Part shown: piece after piece, positions 1-9,881 of the stretch
Layout: each line of letters starts with the position of its first letter
How positions within the stretch are numbered: position 1 is the stretch's first letter
DNA from: a virus
IMG/VR virus record: IMGVR_UViG_3300026484_000333
Span: 1 to 64,000 of that record
DNA length: 64,000 nucleotides
Strand: one strand, 5' to 3'
The notes under the pieces: model-generated
Seen by the model: the letters and a program-made list of their open reading frames with translations, nothing else
Told to the model about the DNA's origin: nothing
Databases searched by the model: none
Translations under genes and position numbers: made by a program

Positions 1-652
1 TAAAATCATATAAATAAATTAAATATAATATTGCTGGTTTATTAATGTATTTTTCTCTTAATTTTTCTTGTCCACATAAAGGGCAACCATAGCCAGACAA
101 ATGGTCGTGAGCAACTTGTTTAAAAACACCATGTTTTTTACAAATTATATCTACTTTATTATATGTTCCTTGATAAACAGTTAAACTATAATCATATTTT
201 TCTCCATGAACTTCTTTGGCTCTTCTTATAAATTCTTCTGTTGTTATATATTTCCCTGCACAAAAAGGGCAACCTTGCCCTTGTAAATGTTTATCAATTC
301 TTTGTTCGAAAATACCATGCTTTGGACAAATAATTTTTATATATTGTTTATTGTTCTTATAAAAATCAACTAAGGAATAATCATATTTATTTTTATGTTT
401 TAAAGATGCTTTTTTCTTAAACTCCTCTAATGTATAAGCTTGTTTTTTACTTCTATTTTCAAAAGAACATTTCTTACACCCTCTTCCTGATAAATGTAAA
501 GTAGGTAATTGTTTGATTTCTCCATGTTTGGGACATATTATAATTATAGGTGTTTTACTGTTAATATACTTAACTTTGCTATAATCATATTTCTCTCCAT
601 GAACTTCTTTGGCTTTTTTTATAAATTCTTCAGTAGTTAAAAATTTACCCAT
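1..652 (-). CDS. Putative homing endonuclease with three DUF723-like zinc-binding repeats, running off the window start
   Basis: Not in the ORF track. Hand translation from ATG 652: MGKFLTTEEFIKKAKEVHGEKYDYSKVKY..IICPKHG..HLSGRGCKKC, repeated three times, then KPAILYLIYL (start of a GIY-YIG/T5orf172-like domain). Open to base 1. Confidence 0.75.
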   Translation of the reverse strand, partial: MGKFLTTEEFIKKAKEVHGEKYDYSKVKYINSKTPIIIICPKHGEIKQLPTLHLSGRGCKKCSFENRSKKQAYTLEEFKKKASLKHKNKYDYSLVDFYKNNKQYIKIICPKHGIFEQRIDKHLQGQGCPFCAGKYITTEEFIRRAKEVHGEKYDYSLTVYQGTYNKVDIICKKHGVFKQVAHDHLSGYGCPLCGQEKLREKYINKPAILYLIYLYDF

Positions 653-688
653 ATTTATCCTTAATCCTTTAAATTTTTAATTTTGAAA

Positions 689-717
689 ATTATAAACAAA
701 AAAGAAAAAGTTGTCAA
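689..717 (-). promoter_or_regulatory. sigma70-type promoter of the endonuclease gene
   Basis: TTGACA-N17-TATAAT on the minus strand. Confidence 0.75.
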
Positions 718-724
718 GAATTTT

Positions 725-1708
725 TTATAAATTATTTAAAAAATTTAAGTATTCAACACCTTTTTCTATATCAAGAAATAATTTTATTTTGTCAAAAGAA
801 GTATCAGAAGGATTAATTACTGCGAGAACTGCAGGAGTTATATTAGTATCGTGTGTCATAAATTTTTTACCATACTCGTCAAATCTCTTATAACTACCAA
901 CTACAAAACAGTGACTTATTTTGTTGTCTGGCTGAACATACATTTGATAACCAAATTGATGGGTATGCCCCATACAAATAATATCATCAGGTTTATTAAA
1001 AATTGCCTGTTTTACTAGAGGAAACGCAGGATTATATTGACTTCTTCCTGTAAAACTATGACGCATTCTGATTGTAACATTTGTTTTATTAGGAAATTGT
1101 AAATTTAATCTAACATCTTCAGAGATTACACATTCTTCTCCTAAAACTTCTCTAAAATAAACTTCAAATAAATTCCACACGTCGTGGTTTCCTAAAACAC
1201 AAGCTAAAATATGTAAATCATCAAAATAATATTTTAATAATGCAAACGCTTCTTCTTGTGTTATAGAATGTTTTGCAAATAATTTTGAAAGATAACCAAC
1301 CCAATTATCCAAATAATCACCAAGACCAATTATAAAAACATTTTCATTTTTTCTTGCTAATTCTAAATGTTTTTCAAATAACTCTAAATCAGTTGATTGA
1401 TTATCTAAATGAGGGTCTCCCATAAATAAAATTGCAATTGCTTTGTCTTCTTTAAATTTTATAGGAACATTTGAAAAATACAAGTCTTTTTGTTTTTCAT
1501 ATTCAAAAATTTCCTTTTTAACTTTTATAATATCCTCAATCTCTCTATTTAATTGCGGAGGTTTTACTTGTTCATATTTTGCCTTTTTTCTCCACGTATA
1601 ATAAGTTCTTTCAGCTATACCTATTTCTGCAAGAATTTCATCTCTTTCTTTACCTTGTTCTAATAACTCACAAAATTTACTAAATTTTTCATAATCAAAC
1701 TTTGCCAT
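725..1708 (-). CDS. Calcineurin-like metallophosphoesterase with N-terminal HTH
   Basis: GDPH, GDYLDN, GNHD, GHTH motifs; N-terminal EILAEIGIAERTYYTW HTH. Confidence 0.85.
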   Translation of the reverse strand: MAKFDYEKFSKFCELLEQGKERDEILAEIGIAERTYYTWRKKAKYEQVKPPQLNREIEDIIKVKKEIFEYEKQKDLYFSNVPIKFKEDKAIAILFMGDPHLDNQSTDLELFEKHLELARKNENVFIIGLGDYLDNWVGYLSKLFAKHSITQEEAFALLKYYFDDLHILACVLGNHDVWNLFEVYFREVLGEECVISEDVRLNLQFPNKTNVTIRMRHSFTGRSQYNPAFPLVKQAIFNKPDDIICMGHTHQFGYQMYVQPDNKISHCFVVGSYKRFDEYGKKFMTHDTNITPAVLAVINPSDTSFDKIKLFLDIEKGVEYLNFLNNL

Positions 1709-1723
1709 TTTTAATTCCTTTCA

Positions 1724-3076
1724 TTAATTAAATTTTAATGGTAATTTAAATTGATATCCTTTTGGTAACAAACTATCATCTCTTATAAATTTCACATTTT
1801 TACCTCCTATACCATAAAGTTTATATTTTTCAACTTCTGTTTCAAAGTAATGATTTTTTATAAAATCAAATTGCTCTACAAATTCATTATCAATATTACT
1901 TATAGCAACTTCATAAAAATTTTTATAACACATAGGACATAATTGTTTTTTAAATTTAGAAAAATAATTACCACAACAAACACATTTTCTAAACATACCA
2001 ATTTGTAAATCAGCTATTTGTCTGTGTATCTCTTGATTATTAAAATAATAAATATTTTCTTGAATATATAAATGTTTCAAACCAAATGTTACAATTTCAT
2101 CAGTTATTTTATATTTGATTTTTTGCCCGTTTTCTAATATAAAACCGATAGGCAATAAATTTTCATCAAACCAATAATCTAAAACTTTAATAAAACTTTT
2201 TCTTGTTTTTAATTTTAGGGTTTTAATACCAAAATTATCAATAATTAAATGTTTTTTTATTAAATTTTTACCCAAATATTTTAAATCATAAAAAGTATTA
2301 ATTTCCTTTACAGTAGGATATTTTACATTTACACTATTAGTTTTTTTAAAACGAAAAGTTTTTATTTTTTTGCCGTTTTCAGTTGCAAATAAAGGCACTA
2401 AAACATCTTTTTCGTAAATAAAATAAAAAACTATATCATTTTTAAATTTTAAAGTTTCTTTTAGAAAATTTGTTATTTTTTTATTTTTTAAATTTGAATC
2501 AATTAAGTTTCCTTTTTTTACAAAATTATAAATTTTATATTCGTTTACTCCTTTAGGTAAAGTATAAAAATTAAAAGGATAATTTAATTTATCACCGACG
2601 CCTCTAATCAATTTAATTTTATAATCTTTTAAATCCAAATTTTCAATTTTTAATAAGGCATATAATTCCTCTTTTGTATATAATTTTTTCAAAACACTCA
2701 AAACAAAATCTTCTCCTACATTTAGAAATTTACCACTCAAGAACAATTTAATTATCCAAACTATTTTTTTATTAATACTTTTAGTATATTCTTTTAAAGT
2801 TGTTAAATCACCCTGTTCTATATATGAAAGAATCATACTTAATGCCAAAATCAAATCACCGCCTTCTGTTAATTCCCCTTCTCTTATAAAACTCAAAAAA
2901 TTTTTATTTTTTGGTGTCAGAGAGTAATATGCCGAAATTAATAATTCAAATTCTTTTCTAAATTTATTATAAGCAATTAAAAAAGCATTTTGTCTATTAT
3001 AATAACCTTTTTCAAAATAAAAGTCATTTACTAAATTAAAAAGAATTGTAATATTTTTTGACTTCATCTTTATCAA
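1724..3076 (-). CDS. Hypothetical protein, possibly a degenerate ATP-dependent DNA ligase derivative, with C-terminal Zn finger
   Basis: GGDL..ALS and WIIKLFLSGKFLNVGE resemble a ligase DNA-binding domain; no KxDG; CVCC..CPMC near the C-terminus. Confidence 0.4.
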   Translation of the reverse strand: MIKMKSKNITILFNLVNDFYFEKGYYNRQNAFLIAYNKFRKEFELLISAYYSLTPKNKNFLSFIREGELTEGGDLILALSMILSYIEQGDLTTLKEYTKSINKKIVWIIKLFLSGKFLNVGEDFVLSVLKKLYTKEELYALLKIENLDLKDYKIKLIRGVGDKLNYPFNFYTLPKGVNEYKIYNFVKKGNLIDSNLKNKKITNFLKETLKFKNDIVFYFIYEKDVLVPLFATENGKKIKTFRFKKTNSVNVKYPTVKEINTFYDLKYLGKNLIKKHLIIDNFGIKTLKLKTRKSFIKVLDYWFDENLLPIGFILENGQKIKYKITDEIVTFGLKHLYIQENIYYFNNQEIHRQIADLQIGMFRKCVCCGNYFSKFKKQLCPMCYKNFYEVAISNIDNEFVEQFDFIKNHYFETEVEKYKLYGIGGKNVKFIRDDSLLPKGYQFKLPLKFN

Positions 3077-3638
3077 TCCTTTCTATTTTACCATACTGAA
3101 TTGAATTCCTAATAAATATAATACTTTTTACAATAATAAATTTAAGATTACTCAAAGGTATATCATTTATATTTGCAGTTTTTATTAAACCATAACCTTT
3201 TATAAAATAATCGTGTAGAATTTTAAGCTCAAAATTTGTAAAATAATCATTTAATAATTCTCTAATATCTTCTTGTAACATATATTTTTCAATATCTTCT
3301 GCATAATTTTCATTTATATGAAAATCCTCATAATCTTCTGGGGTAGCAGTTAACCACCCTTCTTTATCTTTTAAACTCTTTTTAATAGCACCATATTTAT
3401 TAAGACTATTTTTTGCCACCCAATCAAGCATTCGCCCGTAAACTTTTTTATAGGCAAAACCCATAAAATAATCATTTTTATCACTATCATAATTTTCTTT
3501 TGCTAAAAGATAACCTAAAACTCCCTCTTGAATCAAATCTTCTAAATCAATCCCTGCAAAGCTTTTTTCATATACTTTATACGCCAAACCCTCAATATGT
3601 TTATAATCCTTGTCCGGTATATTATATTTATTCGGCAT
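3036..3638 (-). CDS. Phage RNA polymerase sigma factor, FliA/sigma28-like
   Basis: Region 2 EDLIQEGVLGYLLAKENYD..FMGFAYKKVYGRMLD and a degenerate region 4. Start moved to ATG 3638, which has an AGGAG RBS. Confidence 0.85.
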   Translation of the reverse strand: MPNKYNIPDKDYKHIEGLAYKVYEKSFAGIDLEDLIQEGVLGYLLAKENYDSDKNDYFMGFAYKKVYGRMLDWVAKNSLNKYGAIKKSLKDKEGWLTATPEDYEDFHINENYAEDIEKYMLQEDIRELLNDYFTNFELKILHDYFIKGYGLIKTANINDIPLSNLKFIIVKSIIFIRNSIQYGKIERIDKDEVKKYYNSF

Positions 3639-5316
3639 TTGTAAGCTCCTTAATTTCCAAACTTGAAATACCATTTTCCTTTATAATAGTAAACAAATAA
3701 TCTGCAAAAGTTTCTTCAATTTCGTTATGATGTGTAATAATAAATATAGCTTTATCTTGTTTTAAATAATTTAAAACATTTTTCATAAATTCAATACCCT
3801 CATCGTCCAAAACGCCAAGCAACTCATCAATAACAAGAAAATTAATATTAATACCTATTAACTCTTCTAACGTTTTAATAGTAGCTAATAATAAAAGTAA
3901 ACTAACTCTTGTTTTTTCCCCGGAACTTAACTGATAAAAGGTCTTTTTAACCCCTTTATCTATAAACTTATAATCCAAACTGCCTTTATTTATTTTAATT
4001 TCAAAATCAAAATCAAATGCACTTTTATCTTTAAAAAACTCTACATTAAGTTTTAAAAGGCGCACATAATCTTTTAAAAACTCATTCATAATTACACCTT
4101 TTTTAAATAAAACCAATACCTCTTTATATGCGTCAATTTTTTTACTTAAATAAAGTCGTTTTTCTTTTAATTCTTCTAATTTCTCTTTTAGTTTATCAAT
4201 ATTGTCTTCAAGTTGTTTTTTAAGCTCTTTTTGCTTTATATACTCATCTTTTTTCACTTTTAATTTTTCAATCTGTAATAAAATATCTTTTTTCTTTTGT
4301 TCAAATTTGTTTTTCATTTCCTCGTATTTTTCTTTTAATGTTTCTACTTTATTTTTCTCTTTTTTATAATGTTCTTTAAACTCCTTAAATTCTTTATCCG
4401 CTTTTTTAAATTGTTCTTCATAAATTTTATACTTATCAGTAACAGAATTACCACAAATAGGACAAACCCCTTCTTTTAACTCTTCTTTCAATTTATATAA
4501 ATTTTCCGCCTTAATTTTTAATTCAACTGCCCTTTCTTTTAATTCATCTACTTTTTCTTTTTGAATTAAATACTCTTGTTCTCTTTGCTGAATTATTAAA
4601 ACCATTTCACTTGTTTCTAATTTATATAATTGTTCCTGTAATTTGTTTATCTCTTCCTCATAATTTATTTCTTCAATTTCTTCAAGTTTATCAAATAAAG
4701 ATAAATTATCTTGAATAGAATTGTATTGAACTAACAATAAATCATATTCCTTTTTCAATTCTCTTATTTGTTTTTGCACCGCCTCTTGATAGGCTAAAAC
4801 TCTTTCAACATTAAAAAATCTATAAACAATATTGTTTTTACCTGTAATTTCAATAATACTATCAAGAGAAGTTTGATTAAGATAAGTAAGAGAAGTAATT
4901 ACATCAAAATCATAATTAATAATTTCAGTTTTAATTAAATTTAATTGGTTTGTAATACCTTTGGGGCTTATAAATTCTCCGTTTTTGTAAATGTCAATTG
5001 ACATTTTATTTCTATCATTAATTATTGTAAACTCATTTTTACATTTTTTAAAATCAAGAGAAATAACATAAGGTTTTTTTGTATAAACATTATTAACAGA
5101 TTGAATGTTCCCTTTTTGGTCTTTAAGATTTTTATTAAAAAGACATTGATAAATTGCATTAAAAATACTTGTTTTACCCGCCCCGTTGCTTACTAATGTA
5201 TCACTTTTTATATCTTTATTAACACCTTTAACAAGATAAACCCCGTTTTTAAATTCAAACTCAACTTGCCCCAATGAATAAAAATTTTCTATCTTAATTT
5301 TCTTAAATTCATACAT
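3628..5316 (-). CDS. sbcC: SbcC/Rad50/gp46-like recombination ATPase
   Basis: Walker A NGAGKTS, coiled coil with CPIC zinc hook, signature LSSGEK, Walker B VIDE. Confidence 0.93.
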   Translation of the reverse strand: MYEFKKIKIENFYSLGQVEFEFKNGVYLVKGVNKDIKSDTLVSNGAGKTSIFNAIYQCLFNKNLKDQKGNIQSVNNVYTKKPYVISLDFKKCKNEFTIINDRNKMSIDIYKNGEFISPKGITNQLNLIKTEIINYDFDVITSLTYLNQTSLDSIIEITGKNNIVYRFFNVERVLAYQEAVQKQIRELKKEYDLLLVQYNSIQDNLSLFDKLEEIEEINYEEEINKLQEQLYKLETSEMVLIIQQREQEYLIQKEKVDELKERAVELKIKAENLYKLKEELKEGVCPICGNSVTDKYKIYEEQFKKADKEFKEFKEHYKKEKNKVETLKEKYEEMKNKFEQKKKDILLQIEKLKVKKDEYIKQKELKKQLEDNIDKLKEKLEELKEKRLYLSKKIDAYKEVLVLFKKGVIMNEFLKDYVRLLKLNVEFFKDKSAFDFDFEIKINKGSLDYKFIDKGVKKTFYQLSSGEKTRVSLLLLLATIKTLEELIGININFLVIDELLGVLDDEGIEFMKNVLNYLKQDKAIFIITHHNEIEETFADYLFTIIKENGISSLEIKELTNAE

Positions 5317-5542
5317 TGTGAAACTCCTTAAATAAAGAAACAAGCTTTTTGTGTTCAGTTTTTACTTCTTCATAATTTTTTGAAGCAATAGTTATTGTAT
5401 TGCCTCCTCTTAAATAAACATCAAAATAAAAAGATTGTTCTAATAAAACTACTCCTAAATGCCTTTTCTCATTTATCTTAAAAATATCTGAAAAACCTTG
5501 TATATCTTCTTTATTTATATAATAATCCCCAATTTTAACCAT
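5309..5542 (-). CDS. Hypothetical protein
   Basis: Translationally coupled between sbcD and sbcC. Confidence 0.7.
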   Translation of the reverse strand: MVKIGDYYINKEDIQGFSDIFKINEKRHLGVVLLEQSFYFDVYLRGGNTITIASKNYEEVKTEHKKLVSLFKEFHNV

Positions 5543-6543
5543 TATAAATCCTTTTCAATTAATTCAAGCTCATTAATAATTTCTTTTTTAAGTTCTTCAT
5601 CTTCCACTATTAAATGTTTTTTTACAATATCAGTTATAACTATTTGTTTATCATTATTTTTAATTTCTGAAATAACTTCTTTTTTTTCATTTTCAATCTC
5701 ATTAATATTTATAAAGGAATATCTTACAATTTTATCTCTATTATTTTCAATAAACTCAATTAGTTTGTCTGTTTTAATAGCTGAAACAACTTTAAAAACA
5801 TCTTTTTTATTCTGTTCTAAAATTAACTTTAATTTATCAATATCTTTTTCTCCTCTTATTGTAAATTTTACTAAATTAGGTAAATTTAATTGTTTCCATT
5901 TTACTTCGTAGTTTTTGTTCTCTACATTTAAAACTATATACCCAAAATCTTCTCTATCATCAAAAACAATTGAATAAGGACTTGAAGTATATTCTATATT
6001 AACAGCAGGTTTGTAATGTTGATGAATATCAGAAAGAATAGTGTAGTCAAAAGTCTTACTTACATAAACATTATCTATTTCATCAGTCATATAAGCATTA
6101 ACAGCACTTCTGTAATGAGAAAATAAAATATTAATATCAGTAAAAAACTCATTTTTAAGTTTATAAATTTCAAAAATTTTGTGATGAGAAACAAACCAAA
6201 GAGTTATATCATTTGTAATCCTCAAAAAACCTTTACCAACATATTCAAAATCTGTTTGAGGTAAATAATCATATAAACATTCATTTTTTGCCAAATCTTC
6301 GTGATTACCGCTAATTAAAACTATTTTATTTTTTACAAATTTCCTAATTCTACCAAGCCACTCATAGAATTTTTTTAATTCATACCAGCTTGGGTTTGCT
6401 TTATCTAAAATATCTCCATTTAAAATTAAAATATCAGGATTTTCTTTTTTTATAACTTGAACTAAATTGAAAAACCTACGTTCATAAAAATCATTAGGCT
6501 CTTTAATTTTTAAATGAATATCACCAAAAACAACTATTTTCAT
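5542..6543 (-). CDS. sbcD: SbcD/Mre11/gp47-like nuclease
   Basis: GDIH, NGDILD, SGNHE, SDIH motifs; upstream of sbcC. Confidence 0.92.
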   Translation of the reverse strand: MKIVVFGDIHLKIKEPNDFYERRFFNLVQVIKKENPDILILNGDILDKANPSWYELKKFYEWLGRIRKFVKNKIVLISGNHEDLAKNECLYDYLPQTDFEYVGKGFLRITNDITLWFVSHHKIFEIYKLKNEFFTDINILFSHYRSAVNAYMTDEIDNVYVSKTFDYTILSDIHQHYKPAVNIEYTSSPYSIVFDDREDFGYIVLNVENKNYEVKWKQLNLPNLVKFTIRGEKDIDKLKLILEQNKKDVFKVVSAIKTDKLIEFIENNRDKIVRYSFININEIENEKKEVISEIKNNDKQIVITDIVKKHLIVEDEELKKEIINELELIEKDL

Positions 6544-6606
6544 TATAATTTCCTTTTTAATAAATTATAACAAAAATAGTTGAAAAAAGAAAGGAAAAAG
6601 AAGAAA

Positions 6607-7413
6607 TTAATAGGAAGTTTCCAAATCGTCATCATCCTCTTGCTCTGCAACTTCTTTTTCCGTTTCACTTGCTTTTGTTGGAGCTTTTGTTTTTACACCT
6701 GTTGATTCAACCCACTCATCCCATTTTTTAATAAGAGGAATTGTATCTTTAATTTTTGCTTGAAGCTCTTTTGCTTTTAAAGGCTCAATTTTTTCAATAT
6801 CATAAACCCAAATTGCTCTACCGTTTGTTACCTCTTTTCTTGTTTTTACATAAACATAGTATTTTAGAGGTAAATGGTCATCTCCTATCAACTCTTTTAC
6901 TTGCTCCCAAAATTTCATATAATTTACACCACGCAAATAAATCAAATAAGGATTTTCTTTTCCGTCTTCCTCAATTGTTACAAGTAAGATTTGATTGAAT
7001 GTTAATTTAACGCCCTTATCTTTTAAAGCACCTACTTTTTCGCCTGTTTTAGTTTCAACTACTTCTTTGCCTTCCATAATATTTGTAAATACAGGAGTTA
7101 TATGGCTATAACCATTTTTGGTAATATCATAAGCACTGTATTGGTAACCAACTGCAATAATTCTCATTTTAACAGGTTGTTTAAACACTTTTCCTTGTTT
7201 TTTAACTTCAAGGGTTTTTCTATCAATTTCCCAACCCGTAATAATTTCACCTTTTTTTACACCTTCATTGATAAGCACATCGTCTTTGTCATAGTTGATT
7301 TTTACAACATCAAATGGTAATCCACCACTTGTTTGCTCACCGCCTGTATTTTTTGCAATTAATCTTGCTTCTTCAGGGCTAACACCCATTGCTACTAATT
7401 CTTCGTAAGTCAT
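6607..7413 (-). CDS. Probable single-stranded DNA-binding protein
   Basis: Acidic tail EQEDDDDLETSY; position before sbcD/sbcC as for T5 D11. Confidence 0.6.
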   Translation of the reverse strand: MTYEELVAMGVSPEEARLIAKNTGGEQTSGGLPFDVVKINYDKDDVLINEGVKKGEIITGWEIDRKTLEVKKQGKVFKQPVKMRIIAVGYQYSAYDITKNGYSHITPVFTNIMEGKEVVETKTGEKVGALKDKGVKLTFNQILLVTIEEDGKENPYLIYLRGVNYMKFWEQVKELIGDDHLPLKYYVYVKTRKEVTNGRAIWVYDIEKIEPLKAKELQAKIKDTIPLIKKWDEWVESTGVKTKAPTKASETEKEVAEQEDDDDLETSY

Positions 7414-7489
7414 ACTAATCTCCTTCTAATAAATTTACTAATTTTGTGGCTAATGATTTTGACTAATGTCTTAATCAATAACCACTAAA

Positions 7490-7518
7490 ATTATATAAAA
7501 AATTTTTTAAATTGTCAA
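7490..7518 (-). promoter_or_regulatory. sigma70-type early promoter
   Basis: TTGACA-N17-TATAAT. Confidence 0.8.
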
Positions 7519-7527
7519 GTATTTTTA

Positions 7528-8013
7528 TTAAATTTTTCTTTTATTAAAATAATGAGTCATATCTTCTACAATTTCACCGTTTTCTAACCTATAAAATCTT
7601 TGATTAGTAGTTTCTGAAGCTAATGCTCCTAATTTTTCTATATAACGCCCTACTTTAATATAGTCAAGTTTTTTTAAAAAATCTTTGGTAAATTTTGGAA
7701 AACCCAAATCCCTACCTGTGTACAAGGCTATTTTCAAATGTGAATAATTTTCTCTAATGTAATCTATTATACGGTTTAAATCTTCAAAATCCCATTCACC
7801 ACCATATAGTAATACACAACTTATGTGTTTGTGTCTTTTTAAAAGTTTATCTATAACTTCATTAGTCAAAGCACCTTTACCACCTTTTGGATTCCAAGTT
7901 TCTTTTGAATGACACCCTTTACAATGTAAATCACAACCAAAAAGAGAGATAGAAAGAGAAATTTCGTTGGGAACTTCTTGAAACTGTATTTGCTCGTAAT
8001 CATAATGTAACAT
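7528..8013 (-). CDS. nrdG: Anaerobic ribonucleotide reductase activase (radical SAM)
   Basis: GCDLHCKGCHS CxxxCxxC motif, TNQR; next to nrdD. Confidence 0.95.
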   Translation of the reverse strand: MLHYDYEQIQFQEVPNEISLSISLFGCDLHCKGCHSKETWNPKGGKGALTNEVIDKLLKRHKHISCVLLYGGEWDFEDLNRIIDYIRENYSHLKIALYTGRDLGFPKFTKDFLKKLDYIKVGRYIEKLGALASETTNQRFYRLENGEIVEDMTHYFNKRKI

Positions 8014-8022
8014 TTTAATTCC

Positions 8023-9870
8023 TTATTTTACTTTCTCATAATATCTCAAAGTTTCTTCCTGTTGTCTTGCTTTACTAAATGAACTAACTCTTTTTAGATA
8101 ACCTATAACCCTTGTAGCCCAATCAACGTTTTTACTGCCACATACAGGACATTTATGGTAAGTTCTTTTGTCAATATGACCACAATCATTACAAATTGTA
8201 ATTTTTACATTATAAGTCCAATAATTACAACCTACTTTTCCAGCTACATTCATTAACTTTTTATATGATTCTTTTGTAGGATAATCAGCAAGATTCAAAT
8301 GAACTGCTTGTCCTCCATCCAAATAACGACTTGTTTCTTTACCGTGTAACTCTAATCTATCAAGAGCTGATAATGAATCATCTTCTGGTGCATAAATATA
8401 ACTTGAATATAAATTTCTCCAATTTGGTACCCAATAACCGTCTTCTTTATCCCACTTATAATTCTTAACTGCAAGATTTTCTGCTGGAACAAACTCGGTA
8501 TTAAACTTCACACCATAAATTTTTCTTGCTTTTTTATTTTCATTTGAAAAAGTTTTTAACACATCAGAAACCCATTTCATATACTTTTCGTTAGGGCTTA
8601 TTTCAAACCCCATAAACTCACTTGCCTCAACCAAACCATTTATGCCCAAAGTACTAAATTGTTTATCAAGAGTAATAAATCCAGCGTCATAGACAGGTAA
8701 CATTTTATTTTCATAATACCATTCTACAACTTTTCTATAACTATATTGATATTTATGAACTTTTTGTATATTTTCTTTTAAATAATCCAAAATTAATTCA
8801 TAATTTTCCTTTGGATTTTTTATATTATACTTCTTAATTGCGTCTTGAATTAATCTGTTTAGATTTAAAGTCATAACTCCAACACTTCCTGTTTGGACAC
8901 CTCCCGCACCTAATGTATAAGAAAATTCATTTTTCTGCTCTTCATCAATTTCATTTTTAAGCCTACAACAAGAACTTAAAGCTGAAACATCTTTATCCAT
9001 AAATAAAAAGAAACTATTACCTTTTGACATTTCTTCTGCAATAAAATCTTCATAATCTTTATCTTTTAATTCTCCGTTTTCGTCAATTAACAAAGCAACA
9101 GTTACAACAGGGAAAGTTAAAATTGCTTTTTTTCTTTCTTCATTAAACCATTGCATAAAGAATTTTTGTAGTTTGTCTACAGTTTCCCATTTTGGTTTTG
9201 ACATATCTGGGAAAACAAAATTACCAAACATTCCCTCAAAATAATGCTTATCATAAATACTAATATTCCAAAAAACACTTTGGTAATTTCTTGCAGAAGC
9301 TGGTTGGTTTATAGAATAAACCACTTGTTGAAAAGACTGTTCAATTGTTTTTTTATGTGTCTCTAAATAATTATCTCCATAATCTTTTCTGGCAAAATAA
9401 TCCATATACATCAACCACTCAACCGTAGCTACCGCACCTGCAAATTGAGAAGAAACTGCAAAAACAAAATTTATAAAACTCCCATTAAAACTTAAAAGAT
9501 GTTTAGGGGCTTTTGACTCTCCTCCTAATTTTGTAGTTCCATCTGTTAAAAGAGGATACATCGAAACTGATACGCAATAAGGTTTAAGAGATGTTTCATC
9601 GTGTTTATATATTTCGTGATTTTCTAATTGTCTAATATACTCTTGTGCCAACTCCTCACCAAAAATCTCTTTTATTTTTTCAACCAAAATTCTTCTGTTT
9701 AGTTGAATATTGAAATCTTTCCAAATTTCAGCTTCAAGAGTTGCTATATTCTTACTGTCAACATTAGCATTAGCATCAAATTTGCTTCCTTCTGCTGGAT
9801 TTTCTGCCTCAATATATTTATGAATAAATTTAACTTTTTCTTGTAGCTGTTTTTCATTTAATCTTGTCAT
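8023..9870 (-). CDS. nrdD: Class III anaerobic ribonucleotide reductase
   Basis: TFPV, SSCCRL, PAENL, CNDC/CPVC zinc site, glycyl-radical motif RVIGYL. Confidence 0.96.
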   Translation of the reverse strand: MTRLNEKQLQEKVKFIHKYIEAENPAEGSKFDANANVDSKNIATLEAEIWKDFNIQLNRRILVEKIKEIFGEELAQEYIRQLENHEIYKHDETSLKPYCVSVSMYPLLTDGTTKLGGESKAPKHLLSFNGSFINFVFAVSSQFAGAVATVEWLMYMDYFARKDYGDNYLETHKKTIEQSFQQVVYSINQPASARNYQSVFWNISIYDKHYFEGMFGNFVFPDMSKPKWETVDKLQKFFMQWFNEERKKAILTFPVVTVALLIDENGELKDKDYEDFIAEEMSKGNSFFLFMDKDVSALSSCCRLKNEIDEEQKNEFSYTLGAGGVQTGSVGVMTLNLNRLIQDAIKKYNIKNPKENYELILDYLKENIQKVHKYQYSYRKVVEWYYENKMLPVYDAGFITLDKQFSTLGINGLVEASEFMGFEISPNEKYMKWVSDVLKTFSNENKKARKIYGVKFNTEFVPAENLAVKNYKWDKEDGYWVPNWRNLYSSYIYAPEDDSLSALDRLELHGKETSRYLDGGQAVHLNLADYPTKESYKKLMNVAGKVGCNYWTYNVKITICNDCGHIDKRTYHKCPVCGSKNVDWATRVIGYLKRVSSFSKARQQEETLRYYEKVK

Positions 9871-9881
9871 TAAAACTCCTT

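Noticed and set aside
5309-5542. Paralogy with 59922-60167
   Set aside because: Only a vague similarity in pattern; not supportable without a profile search
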